NCBI GenBank assembly: GCA_951406725.2
Contig: OX597823.1
Span: 38,006,001-38,070,000, forward strand
From: Octopus vulgaris
Taxonomy: Eukaryota
Length of the DNA: 64,000 nucleotides
Direction: 5' to 3'
Made by a program: the position numbers and the translations under genes. Positions within the stretch are counted from its first letter, which is position 1. Each line of letters begins with the position of its first letter. The notes under the pieces were generated by a model. The model ran no database searches, was not told where the DNA came from, and worked only from the letters and a program-made list of their open reading frames with translations. Below are positions 1-12,807 of this stretch, piece after piece.

Positions 1-528
1 TGATACGTGGTCATTCAGCTCTTGGAAGTCAAGCACTGGCCTGACCTTATGCTTTGTGGGCTGTATCACTACCATTAGTGGCAGGACTCCGCTCTCTTCT
101 TTTTCCCAAGGGATCAATATGCCCTCCTTAATCCACCACTCCACCTCCCCCTCGAACTCACTTCTGGTATCTTCTTTTAGAGTATGCTGATAGCAGCCCA
201 CTTTATTTTTTAACGTCAGGGGCTCTCCCTTCCAGTGCCACTCCACTGTCCACCAAAGACAGCCCTAAAGTCCTGGTCTTCAATGGCGTGTGCAGCATGC
301 TTTTCTTCACGGTTCTCACCAGGGCATAGTCTCGCCATACATGGTTTCCCCGCAAACCCGAATGTTACACCGGCCTCGTTAACAGTGACACCTCCCAAAT
401 GGGTGATTGCATCCATCCCCATCACCACGTCAATCTCGTCCACCAAGTGGCCAACTACAATTGCTTGCAGCGTCAGCCTTATTCCCTGCACCACAATCTG
501 CACATCTGTAATGCCTTCACAGTGTACA
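1..528 (-). mobile_element. Gypsy-like LTR retrotransposon pol fragment (protease C-end and RT start), frameshifted
   Basis: Translates ..DVVMGMDAI..IEDQDFRAVF / WTVEWHWK..EVEWWIKEGILIPW..GVLPLMVVIQPTKHKVRPVLDFQELNDHV; GC-richer than its surroundings. Confidence 0.8.
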
Positions 529-2510
529 TTCCTTCAGGAGACTAGCGGGAAATCTATCAGGGCCTACAGCAGAGTAATGTTTGACCTCATTTATTGCTGC
601 TACGATGTCGGTGGCAGTGAAGGTTATGTCTGAGATTTTGTGTTGGGAGTCAACTTTGTTCGTTTCCCTTACATCAATATCAGTGGGAACACTAAAGACA
701 GAGCAGTATTGTTTCTGCAGTATTTCTGCCATTTCTTTAGCATCGTGTTGGGGAATGCCGTTATCATCAATCAATGGCCCAATGGGTGAGACAGTGGTTC
801 TATGCTTATTTGCATAAGAATAGAACACTTTTGGGTTCTGTTTGATGTTTTTGATTATCCATTGTTCCTCCACAGCTCTTTGATTTCCAATGGAGGTTTT
901 CATGTTGGTCTGCAGATGAAGTTTTTCCAGCTCTAGTCTTTTCATTGTTGTTGAATGTGGATGTTGTGTGTGGGAATATTTTAATTGGTTGATTTTTTTG
1001 TTAAGTCTTTTGATGTGCCTGATGAGTGTTTTTTTCTTTTTAGGGAGCCGGTTTCTGTTTGTGTTAGTAGATTTCTTGGGAGCGTGTTTAGAGCATGTAT
1101 AGGTGACAATGTTTTCAAAGTGCTGCCACGCGGTCTCAATATGAGAAGAATTGAGAGTAAAAGACCAGTCGATGGAAGACAGATCCTTTCTGATTGTTCC
1201 CTAGTCCGCTTTGTGGAAGTTTATGTTGTCAAATGGGTGCCATGGAGTGGGATTGGCTGGTTTGGTTTTTATATGTCGGGAATTAAGATTGCAGAGTACC
1301 ATGTTGTGGTCTGAGAGGAGAGTTTTTTCGACTGAAATACTGTGAACGAAGCTAGAGTGATTGGTCAATACCAGATCCAAGATCGTTTTATTCTGTCTCA
1401 TTGGTTCAAGCACTAGCTGAGTCAGGAAATACTCATCCATCAGATTAAAGAGCAGTTCTGCTGCTGCTCTATCTGATGTAGAGCACGTGCCTAACTTCAG
1501 AGTATTTGTGGGCCAGTTCACATGAGGGAGGTTAAAATCACCCATCACTAGTATGTTTCCAGAGTGGTACTTCCGAAGGAAGGACTTGACTTTGCTAAGG
1601 CACTCTTCAAAGTACTTTAGAGGTGCCTGGGGAGGCCTGTAAAGACCAACAATGGTTATGTCCTTGGCTTTGTTGTATAGTGATACCGATTCACAGTAGC
1701 CATTGGAAAATATGTCCTTGGCATCAAGTGAAAAGGAGTCATGGATAAAGATGGCTGTCCCTCCCTTATTTCGGTCTGTGCGATCCGCACGAACAATGGT
1801 GAAATCTTTTATTTTCACCTCTGCGTCCATATGGGTGTTGTTCAGGTGAGTCTCGGTAAGGATAAAGAAAGGGAAGCAATGTGCCATTTCGGCAAGCCAA
1901 CTCTCTATATATGGGATCTTCCATTTTGGGGCAATAATTGATGGGTTGATGCCACGTACATTTAACAGGAATGTCGAGGTAAGGGAAGTTGGTAATAGGT
2001 GAGTGGTCCTTGTGATTTGCATAGATGGTTGGTGATAGCTCGCTGGATCTCTTGGCTTAGGTCAGCCTTCATATTTTCTAGGTATGTCAGTAAAAAAGAG
2101 TTACTTGTTTGGTTTGCCACTTGGTCAGAGGATACATATTTCATGTTGGCGTTATTTGGTGTTTTTTCATGGTTCTGTCTACGTTGTTTGATTGTAGGAG
2201 GGGAAACGTGGTTGTATTTTGTTCTTGTTGTTGTCCTAGATTTCCTCTGTTCCTGTTTATATTTATTCTGTGATCGTTTTGTGCCCTTCAGAGGGTGGTG
2301 GTTGCATTCTGGGTTCAGGCACATCCTTTGTGAGACAGAAGTTTGGCACAGTTTAGGATGGAATAAGGTGCATCCATTGCCTTTTATGCATCCATATTTA
2401 GGATCAGAACCATAGATTTGGGTAGACTCCAAAGCACATACAGATTGGTTGTTTGAGAATGTATTCAACCAATGTTCAAAACTCACATGATAGGTAAGAT
2501 GACCAATCAT
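529..2510 (-). mobile_element. CR1-group non-LTR retrotransposon, 3'-truncated: ORF1 Cys/His region plus ORF2 APE endonuclease and tether
   Basis: ORF 1201..2022 has NVRG, LTETHL, GGTAIF, YRPP, GDFNLP, LDLVLTN, SDH motifs; 517..945 has IKQNPKVFYSY..GPDRFPASLLKEC; ORF1 has GC-x4-C-x3-HP-x2-C; a stop replaces the W of KADW. Confidence 0.88.
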
Positions 2511-2795
2511 TACAGACTAATGTGCTGAGCTTATAAAAGGCTGATCATCAATAGGCCATAATAGAAATTGGTCTCCCTATTGTGTTGTTCTTTTAAAACT
2601 GAATCCGCTTCTTTTTATTAATATAATTTATATAATTAAGAGTTCAGTCCCAGTTTCACACCTTGGGCAAGTGTCTTCTACTATAGGCCAACCAAAGCTT
2701 TGCGAGTTGATTCCTCCTCATTTTCATTTGTGCTTCCTCGTTTACAGGTCACATCTTATGGTTGGTGGAGGTTTTTTGTCATAGTCATTTGTCCT

Positions 2796-2945
2796 GTTGG
2801 CGTTAGGAAGGGCATCCAGCTGTAGAAACATTGCCAGATTAGACTGGAGCCTGGTGCAGCCTTCTGGCTTCCCAGAACCCCGGTCGAACCGTCCAACCCA
2901 TGCTAGCATGGAGAACGGACGTTAAACGACGATGACGATGATGAT
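2796..2945 (+). repeat. RTE-LINE 3' tail / RTE-tailed SINE with (GAT)n end
   Basis: ttaggaagggcatccagc...ccaacccatgctagcatgg...gatgatgat; same motif recurs many times in window. Confidence 0.8.
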
Positions 2946-2949
2946 TTCC

Positions 2950-3880
2950 TCTAATGTTCTCCATGATGTAATGCCATGTTGTTCTGACTTCTGCATGCTA
3001 TTAACAAGATTCATAGTCTTTGTAGCACAGGTTGGGTTATATAGTTCTTTGATACAGGCTTAGAAATTTTTAATGTCTTTTGCATCTGCATATCTTGGGA
3101 GCGGAATAACCTTTTCTATCCACTAGTTGGTTTCAATCTCTGGTTCTGGTTTGACAGACCCATTTGAGATCTTGTGTTACCTCTTTTCCGTTTGAGAAAT
3201 TAAATGCTCATCTATCCTTTGTTCAAGGGGCAGATTAGCACATCTTTTAACAGTGATGAATTTTGAGATTTTTTCATTGTTTTTGTTGAACTAATCCTGG
3301 CTCTTTCTTTTTGTGAAGCCAGTGGTGTTCTCTGCAGCTTCTTGGATGATGTTTCAAGTTGTTATCCACTCATCATTTCAGATAACTGTTTGCCAACTGG
3401 TCTTTGATATATCCCTTGAATTTTTCTATTTGGTCTTTAAGTTTTGATGTATGAAACTTTCTTCTTGATTGACACTTTAAGTGAACAGGTGATTCACACT
3501 GAAGAGAAATTTGGAGTCAGCTGATGAGGACTGTCCAACAATCATCTGCTTCTCATGATGATGTAGTCGAGCGCATGCCAATACTTTGAGCATGGATGCA
3601 TCCATGTAGTTTTAAACCAACTGTGTTGGTAATGAACACCTCATGGTCTGCGCAGGTTTGTATTGCAATTTCTGGTACCTTGTTTTCCTACAGGATGTCT
3701 TTCCTTCAGTCTCTTTGACATTGAAATCACCAAGATGAGCTTGTCTGTTGACAATGAAAGGTTCAGGCAATGATTAAGGAACTGTCTTAGAATGGTAGCA
3801 CTGACCATCTCTTTTAAGACTCTTTGGGACTGGCAGGAGGAAGTTTTTTCTTGGGTTTGAGACCTGGCTCCACTATCTGC
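2950..3880 (-). mobile_element. Highly degenerate RTE/BovB-like LINE endonuclease fragment
   Basis: Minus strand near 3716-3746 gives a frameshifted DKLI..GDFNV motif; many stops. Confidence 0.5.
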
Positions 3881-3900
3881 AACATAGTGGACTTTATTAA

Positions 3901-4118
3901 CCCTTTCTTACCACATATCTCTTGAAATACAATGTCTTTGTTTCTATTGCATTTGCAAATAATGAAGAATTTAGTAAAATGACTGTCATTATTAAGCTGG
4001 TTTTTGAGGTATAAATCAACATGAAATTTTGATGGAAGGTTTTAATTTAAACCCCTTTAAAACAAGAGGTGTATATCATAAAATGAGGGCAATTTCAGGT
4101 GGGTTAGTATCAAAAGCA
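3901..4118. mobile_element. TTAA-flanked piggyBac-type MITE (family A)
   Basis: TTAA at 3897-3900 and 4119-4122; ends ccctttc.. and ..ggttagtatcaaaagca. Confidence 0.7.
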
Positions 4119-7100
4119 TTAAAGGTATACAAGATATTTAATTATAATAAAAAATAACAACAAATGATGAAAAGATACAACAGCTTTTAATATTTTACAT
4201 AATGTGAACTCAATTACAGCCAACCCAATATTCCTGGCAAAAATAAAACTTCAGACAGAGATATTGGGGACTTTTTTTTTTTGTTTTAATTTTTGTTGTC
4301 TTTCATCCAGAAAAGGAGGCAACACTGTTATTTACAAAATCCCTTGGTGATAAACTGTAGTTGAGAGAACGATTGCACAAAGTTTTTTTATATTTTTTTA
4401 TTTTATAAAGGATTCACTTAATTTTTTGTTTGTTTACTGATTTTCTAAAAAAATATTTTAATTTCAAGAATCAATGTGTAAAAAAAATGATTGATTGATT
4501 GATTGTTTGGTAGGTTTGATGGCAGTTAAGTGTTTAATGGTTTCTTAGTAAACTTTTTACAGCTTAACAATGAAACCAGAGTGAGCAAATATATTAATTA
4601 TATTAGCTATTGTTGACTAAAATTTCATGCAAAGCCAAAATTATAAACATTCAAACACATGGAATAAATGGTGGTGACTTCACTAGAGCTACTATTCAAA
4701 CTTTGCCCTATATTGTTTTAGTCCAAAAATCTATGACATATTTTGAAAACTAGTTATTCCATTTTAGTTATGTTCCTCATTGCAATGATTCCTAAGTGGT
4801 TGTGTCATCTTTACTTCGTACAGAACAGAGAGAGAAAAGGTATCACATAATTTCAGAAACTAAAAGAAAAACTCACCTCAGTCATAGTAGAATACATTCT
4901 CTGATTTAACTTCACCAGTTTTAATATAGATTATATATATAAGTGTTATTCTAGATGTTAAGTAGTCGGCTAACAGATTTCACTTTTAATAAAATGCTTT
5001 GCATTTATAGCTACATACACACAATCCTTTTATATAGTATATACATTATTTCTTGTACTCTTAAATTTTGCTTTATTAAACTTAGTTGCTTGAATGCTAT
5101 ACAGCTGGTTAACTTTCAATATTTTTTTGTCCCATCACAAATACCAGGTTCTGACCTGACTTTAAAGACATAAGCAGTTACAAATCTAGCAGATATCAAA
5201 TTGTAATTACATGCCCCATAACTAATAGTTCTATTTCCTCAAGTATATCAGCCAGACTCCAGAAACAAAACACAATCTGTCAATGTTATAATAAAAGTAT
5301 TTAAATTTTTGTCTATGTTATTGTTTTTCTTATCATAATTGGTTTTTCATTTTTTTTAAATTCCTAAACGCTCTTTTAAAAACTAGGATACAGGTTATAC
5401 TCGAGGAAGAGTAATCATTAAGTATGATTCATGGGGCTGCCACTAGTAGCAGAATAGCTAAGCAGTCACTTATGAATATGATTTGGTATCTTATATCACA
5501 CTTTCACAAATTCATTTAGGTGACTATGTAAGAGGGAAAACAGGCTGCCTCCAACAAGCTGGTACTCATTTTGAGCTCAATAGACTGGATCAACATTAAA
5601 TCATCTGCCTTACTCAAGAAACAACATGTTGCCTGATCCTGAAGATTTGGAGTTCAACAACTTAACCACTAGGTTCTTCCACAGAGAGAAAATATGAAAA
5701 ATAAATTATAAATTTATATCTGCACAGTCTGGGTGTATGCCTGTTACACAGGTGCACACTGGTGTGTGGACCCTCATGTAAATATACATTATTGTTTTAA
5801 TGTATCCTTTTCCACACTTGCATGGGTCAATGTTTATTGAGGCGATTTTCTACAATGCCCACCAACTCTCATCTGTTTTCAACTAAGGCAATATTTTCTC
5901 CTTGTCTGGACATATTTTCTCACAAGACTATACACAATCAGCACTACCTGACAGTGGTGTTATTTACAATTAGTGCACAGTGTCAAGACAAGGAGACAAT
6001 AAACACACACACAAGTGAGAGAGAGACAGAGAAGAAAGTAGATGAGTTTTACCACTAGGACTCACTGCAAAAACTAACATGGAAATTCATGCTTAGGCCT
6101 TGAACGTTCAATTCACAACTATGATAAATAAACTTTACAACAAAATTGAGGAGGTGGTACTTAAGACAAGGAGAGGACTTGTTTCCTCTTTCTTCATAAT
6201 ATTTTTTATAAGTCTGGAAAAAAATTGAAATGACTTTAATAAAACATGAGGCCAACAATTATTTATCGAACAGAAATATCAGGGAATGTAGTGTTAATGA
6301 TTTGTGTGTTTATGGAGATGACAGTTTGTTGAAGTGTTAAAAGGGGAGAACCTAATTTATCTATGTTTTTGGACACATTAACAGGTCGCAAATGTCAACA
6401 TTTGAATTAGATTAAAAGATTCTTTAAAAAAAAAAAAAAACTGTCAAAACGAGGTGATAAAAAGTATAAATTAGATTCAATATACAAGAGATTTAAAAAA
6501 AAAAATAAAGATGATGTTAAGCTGTTTTCTTTCTTGGTGATTTATTAATGTTTTTTGACTGGCTGTAAATAGATAAGAGACTCACTAATGTCAAAATGGC
6601 ATCTACTAAAACTAAATAAATAATCCAAGTGGTATTATAGAAATTACTCATCGTTAGTTTTTTGGTGTCAGTCATACCTGGTGTGTAGGGTCTACATTAC
6701 AAACAGGTGAATGCATTATGGAGGCAAGGTCTTCTCTTCTGCTCCCTCCTTGACCAACATCTGTGAATACATGACAACCAACAGTGTTAAAATGAAAACC
6801 TCTCACTCTGGTGGTCAACCCATTTGCATTTATATATATGTATTTATATACATAGTTAACTGTTGGTTCATGCTTCAATTTGTCTCCTTACATAAAAAAA
6901 ATGGATGAATTAATCTGCTTATAAACAAATGGTGTTTTCTGATTAATCTCTTGAGTTGAGGAGGTGTAAGGGGAAATAAAGGGCTGTGTTCTGTACAGAG
7001 TGGGTTGTTCATCAGATGCTATACAAGATTAATGAGATAACCTGTCATACAAGATGTACCAGTTAACCAGTTATCATAAAACGTCAACTAGTTAACACTG

Positions 7101-8646
7101 TACAAACCTAACCAGAATTGCTGTACAAGATAAACAAGTTAACTGATCACTATACAAGATGTACAAATTAACCAGCTGTTGTGTAGAATGAACATGTAAA
7201 TCATCTTGTTAAACAAAGTGAGCAGTGAATCTGACAATGAATAAACAAATTAACCAGTTAATGAGTGGAAGGTGAACCAGTATTTGTAGAATATTAACCA
7301 AACCGATTGCTGTTCCTGGTGAACAAAGCCAGTAGTTCATCTACAAACTTGCAGGTGGATGAGAGACATTTAGCATTGATTTAATGAACTACAGTAGATT
7401 GAGCAACCATTATTTGCAACAATAAGAAGCTACTGAATTTAGCAGTTGCAATAGCACATATATAAGTAACAAATAACGTCTCAATATATACACAGTAGGT
7501 TTGTATATGAGTTTCTTTCTTTTGTTAAAATAAAACCCTGATACATTTTTGTGGTAGATGTGTCAAGTCAGGTTAATATTTCTATTTGTGGTGACCTTAG
7601 GCTATCAATTCCATCCCACTACTTTCACACAGTTTGGAGCTGACCATGTTTACATGTAATTTTCAGCAGAATAATTATAAAAATGGCAATTAGCACATTA
7701 TGTAAGTAATTGGCAGTGTGGAACTGAACACTTGGCTCCATGGCTATCAACCAAAATAGAGAGACACATATACATGTATTCAGTTGTTTGTTCATTTTAA
7801 GTCTATTTTCCCATGTTAGAATAGGTTGGATGAAAACTTAGTAAAGAGGCTTTTACAATCAGATGCTCTTGTTTTTGCTAACCCTGGCCTGTTTTTCAAA
7901 TAAGAGATGTTTTTATCCTACATTTCCAAGAATGTGGAGTAATAGAACAATTTGTTAGCAGGGAACATCAACAGTTTACTCAAATGATTTCAGCCGAAAG
8001 CAAGGAATGCAAACAGTCACAGAAACACATATAATGGGTTTCCATACAGTTTCCATTTACCATATCTACTCATGAGCCACTGATTAACCCGAGGCTACAG
8101 AAGACATTTGGCCAAGATGCCATGCAGTGAGATAGAACTTGAAACCATGTCCTTACAAACCAAATTCCATATCCATGCAGCCATGCTCATATACATTACA
8201 CACACACATACACACAATACACACTCCAGTCATTTCTTACATAGGTGCAAGGCCTCAAACATGTGAGTAGATAGGGGTAGCCAAGTAGATCAAACCCAGG
8301 ACTTAACTGGTACTTTATTTTACCAACCCTGGAAAGATGGAAGGCAAAGTCAACCTTGGTGGAATTTGAACTGAAACCATAAAGAGCCAGAACAAATACT
8401 GTAAAGTATCTTTATGTCTGCCATTCTATTGATTCTGCCAAAACCCCACTGTTTACAATATTGCATAATATTAACAATATCCATTATCACACATTTTTCT
8501 ATACACTCTGCTGGTAATGTATAAACACACCCCTACAGAGATGACAGTATGTATGTAGGTGATACTGATTGTTAGTTTGTCACTTCTGTTATTCCAACAT
8601 CAACAGTTGATGGAAGAAGGAACATTGTGTTCAGTAAGTCTGTTCT

Positions 8647-8700
8647 CTACTGTTTCATTTGTTCAAGAAGCTGCAGCAACTCTGAGTATCTGTCTTTAAT
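8647..8700 (-). CDS. GON4L: GON4L last coding exon (IKDRYSELLQLLEQMKQ*)
   Basis: ttgtag acceptor; completes SANT helix 3; TAG at 8647-8649. Confidence 0.88.
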   Translation of the reverse strand: MKDRYSELLQLLEQMKQ

Positions 8701-11700
8701 CTACAACAAAAACAAAGAAAAAAATTTAATAAACATCTCCATCAATGGCATAAAGCTACAATTTGGGAGGTGGGGGCAAATTACTGGATTAAACTGACCC
8801 CAATTGATGAAAAGATAACTTCAGCAGGATTTGAAACCAGAATTTGAAGAGTTGAAAATATAACGCTAGACATTTTGTATGATGCTCTAGCACAGGGGTG
8901 GGAAGCCCCTGCCTGCAGGCTGATATACTCATATGTACAAAATATATAAACGTTTCAGTAATAAAATTTATACAATATTCATATGCCTATTTGCGACATA
9001 GGTCGCTTTTCCACTACAACTTAAAACAGTTAAACTCAAACAGAAATCATCCAGTAATTGCCATTGTTTTCACTACAGAACACACATTGCTAGGTTTGTA
9101 CCATCCCCTTGAGACCCAACTACACTCTAGCTGAAAAATACAGAATACCGCATAAGTAATATAAATGTCCTAAATTCAGTGGCAGCGTTAATGAAAATGT
9201 TATGCTATAATTTAATGTGTTAAACTCATCTTTATTTATATAGAATTACACACAGATATATACAAGATTTACACAGTTATAAGAGTTAGAACTTCTGCTC
9301 TGCCCACCAACCTTTTACATTGGAAATTTTTGCCCACTGCACTAAAAAGATTCCCCACCCCTGCTTTAGCATTTCTACCAATTTGCTGCTCTAATGATCT
9401 ATTTCATGGTTGGCTCTAATTTAGGTGCAAGGTAAGCAATTTAGAGAGGAGGAAGTAATTTGATACCATCAATTCCAGAGGAATGAAAGGCAAAGTCAAC
9501 CTCAGCAGGATTTTAATTCAGGATGTAAAGTGTTGGAAGAAATTAAGCAATGCATTTTGTTCAACACTTCAACAATTTTGCCAACTCTCTGCCTGAAACC
9601 AATAAATGACAATTATAATGATAATAATAATTATTATTATTATTATTATTTCAGATGTAAAGACAAGGCCTGAAATTTAAGAGAAGGGCATAGTTGATTA
9701 AATTTACTCCAATTTACTGATAGTTATTCTGTTAACCCCAGAGAAGTTACCACCACCAGCATGTAAGCCAACGAGGGCACCTCTACATGGTTACTTGAGC
9801 TGGTAGAAAAAGCAGCTAAATCTTCATCAAATCACATTCTAATATCTCAAAAGGACAATGATATATTAGTTAATGCAGTTCTAGGTACACCATGTTCTGA
9901 ATAAAAGGTAGAATGGCTACAACTTGAACCAGTTATTTTGATTAAAAAGTTTGCTGGATCAGGACTAACCCAACCAAAATTTAAATATACAAAAACACTC
10001 ACTTGTTTTGGCGTTCGGCCATTTATCTTGCAAGAAAGTTTTTCAAATACTTGAGCATTAACTCCATCTTTCCTTACGCTATCAAGAATCATCTTGTCCA
10101 TCCATCTGAAGGGAAGAAAATAAAACAATAGTTTTTTTTACAACTTTGTACATCACAAGGTTCTATACACAGAAGTTCAGACTGTCTCAGCCTGCTTGTC
10201 ATTCCACCTCTAATTCTTCCTCCATACTTTCATACTTTGTCCACCAAATGGTATAGCTATTTCTGTTGCCCTGGTGGTAGCAGGGTTCTGTCTTCTTTTT
10301 TCATTAAACATGCTAAGCCCAACATATTACCTTTCTGATTTACTTTGCCTGTGAGGAGCAATTATGATTTTTAATAAGAAAATTTGTTATTGCAATCTAT
10401 ATAATAATCCACTGGTTTGTTCACCCATTACACTTTAGTTGTGGAGGTGGAGTAAAAGTGAGAGAGAGGGAGTAATATGAGCATAGAAGAAAGAAGTGAA
10501 GAAGAAGTAGAGAAAGATGTATAATAAGGCGAAATGTGTTACGTTGTTAATTGAAGGGAGAGGTGAAGAGAGAGAAGTGTTAATGATGTGCTGTAGGGTG
10601 GGGCAGGAAAAGTAAAGAGAAAGAGATATGTTTAGGATACAATATTTAGCAGAGGGTGATGTTCTGGTGGTGAGGTCAAAGAAAGAGAGATAGAGACAGA
10701 CAGACAGGAAAGCAGTTACATTAAGAGACAGAGATAGATAGTATTTGTATTGTTAGAATAGAGATCATTGACAGCAAGAAAATGTAGATATATACAAACA
10801 GCTGAACTGAAATGAAACAAACTGAGCTTTGTTACTAAAAACTTTAGTGATGTGATGGTGGTGTGTTGATAGTGAAAAGAATGTTTATTTTATTGAACTA
10901 AATCAATAATATCCTACCTGTTCATTCACACTTTACATTTTAGATTGTTAGAGAGGATGAGAAAGTGGAGCAAGAGAGAAGAGGAAATGTGAGAGTGAAT
11001 GAGAGAGCAGATAGCCAGTTGATGCATTAGGCTGTCACTTGTGGTTAGTAAGAGGTAAAGAGAAATGAGAAATATTAAAGACATGAAAAGGGAAATTATA
11101 TGGTTAAAAAGTTTATTGAAGAGAAATAGAGAAATATAAAGTACTTAGTCACAATATATTATTGTGACTAGAAGTGAAATAACTTATGAAAATAAAAATG
11201 CAGATCATCCTTTCTTTCTTAAATAGCTTCTCTTAATCTTTTTTGTTCTGTGGAATTTCCACAGGTCCCACTAGTAGTATTTATAATGTGGGAATAGAAA
11301 GAGAAATATTAAATTAAATACAATGCATGAGTGCAGATGCTTCTTTCAGTTTTCATCTACCAAATCCACTCACAATGCTTTGGTTAGACCAGGGCTATGG
11401 TAGAATATGCCACAAAGTGGGACTGAATCAAACAGCAAGAGTTTAGGAAATAAACTTAACCACACCTACATCTTATAAAAGCAGTGAAGAGTACTCACTT
11501 TGTCCATCTGTTAGAATTATTGGTTCCTTCTGAAAATAATTGGTTCGAGATGGCTTGTTGGTTAGCATAGTCATTTGAGTTTGGTGTTATTACTTGCAAG
11601 TGTTTTTTACTAAGAACAGCCGAATTGAGCAAATTGTCAATAGCACCACGCCTCTCCACTTTAGACAACTGCCATGGCTTGCTCTTAGAGAGTAGTGTTC

Positions 11701-12402
11701 CATTGTGGTGATTGAAATTAGGTATGAGATGACTGAATGTTGGCAGTGTTATTTGGTTGAGTTGAGGTGGAACAGTGATTGTGGACAAAGGAACGACCGT
11801 CAGATTAGTGACAGGTAACTGATGGGTGACAGATGTTGAAGTAATCACAGCTGGTATTGCTGAAAGATTTGGTTGGGAAGGAAGAAGAAAATCTGTTGAC
11901 ATACGAGGACCAACTTCAGATACAACAGTCTGAAACAAAAATAATGGAATTAAAGTACCAATTCTTAAAAGAGTAATTTCTCAGGCAAAAAAAAAAAAAG
12001 AGAGAGAAAGAGAGAGAGAGAGGTTGTGTTCAATCCCTGTTCCAATTCATCAGTTAGTTGAAATTTGTGAAATAGTCTTTTAAGAATTTTGTTCTTGAAA
12101 ATGATAAAATTCAAAGAAATGTTGTTGAGTTGTCTGCATTTGTTTTATGTCCATATTTCCATGTTAGTATAGGTTCGACAACTATTATTTAAGTATTGTT
12201 TTATAACAAGCCAATTTGTTGACAGAAGAAATGACAACACTGCTTCAGCTCACAATACTCTGAGATGTATGAATATAAACAAAGATACACACACACACTT
12301 AAAACAATAGGCCTCTTTTAATTTCCAACAGCAAAATCCACTCACAAAGCACTGGTCAGCCCAGGGCTATAGAAGACATTTGCCCAAGGTGATATACATT
12401 AG

Positions 12403-12471
<69 letters not shown>

Positions 12472-12769
12472 ACCACGTGACCAACCAGACCATCAGATGT
12501 TGCTACACATCGCTGGTCACAATACGTTCGCATTGTTTTAGTCTTCGAATGATGCCACCCTGCCGGCTAAGCGAGCAGGCCAACAGAAGAAAGAGTGAGA
12601 GAAAGAGTGGTGAAAGAGTACAGCAGGGATCATCAGCCCCTGCCGGAGCCTCGTGGAGCTTTTAGGTGTTTTCGCTCAATAAACACATACAACGCCTGGT
12701 CTGGGAATCGAAACCGCGATCCTACGACCGCGAGTCCGCTACCCTAACCACTGGGCCATTGCGCCTCCA

Positions 12770-12807
<38 letters not shown>

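Noticed and set aside
235-2415. Plus-strand ORFs (235..633, 985..1314, 1999..2415)
   Set aside because: Antisense shadows of minus-strand retrotransposon ORFs.
11146-11170. Short palindrome tagtcacaata-tat-tattgtgacta
   Set aside because: An 11-bp AT-rich arm is plausible by chance or as a repair scar; no other support.
12690-12770. tRNA gene
   Set aside because: It has A/B boxes but continues into a SINE body and (CA)n tail, with no proper acceptor stem or terminator.
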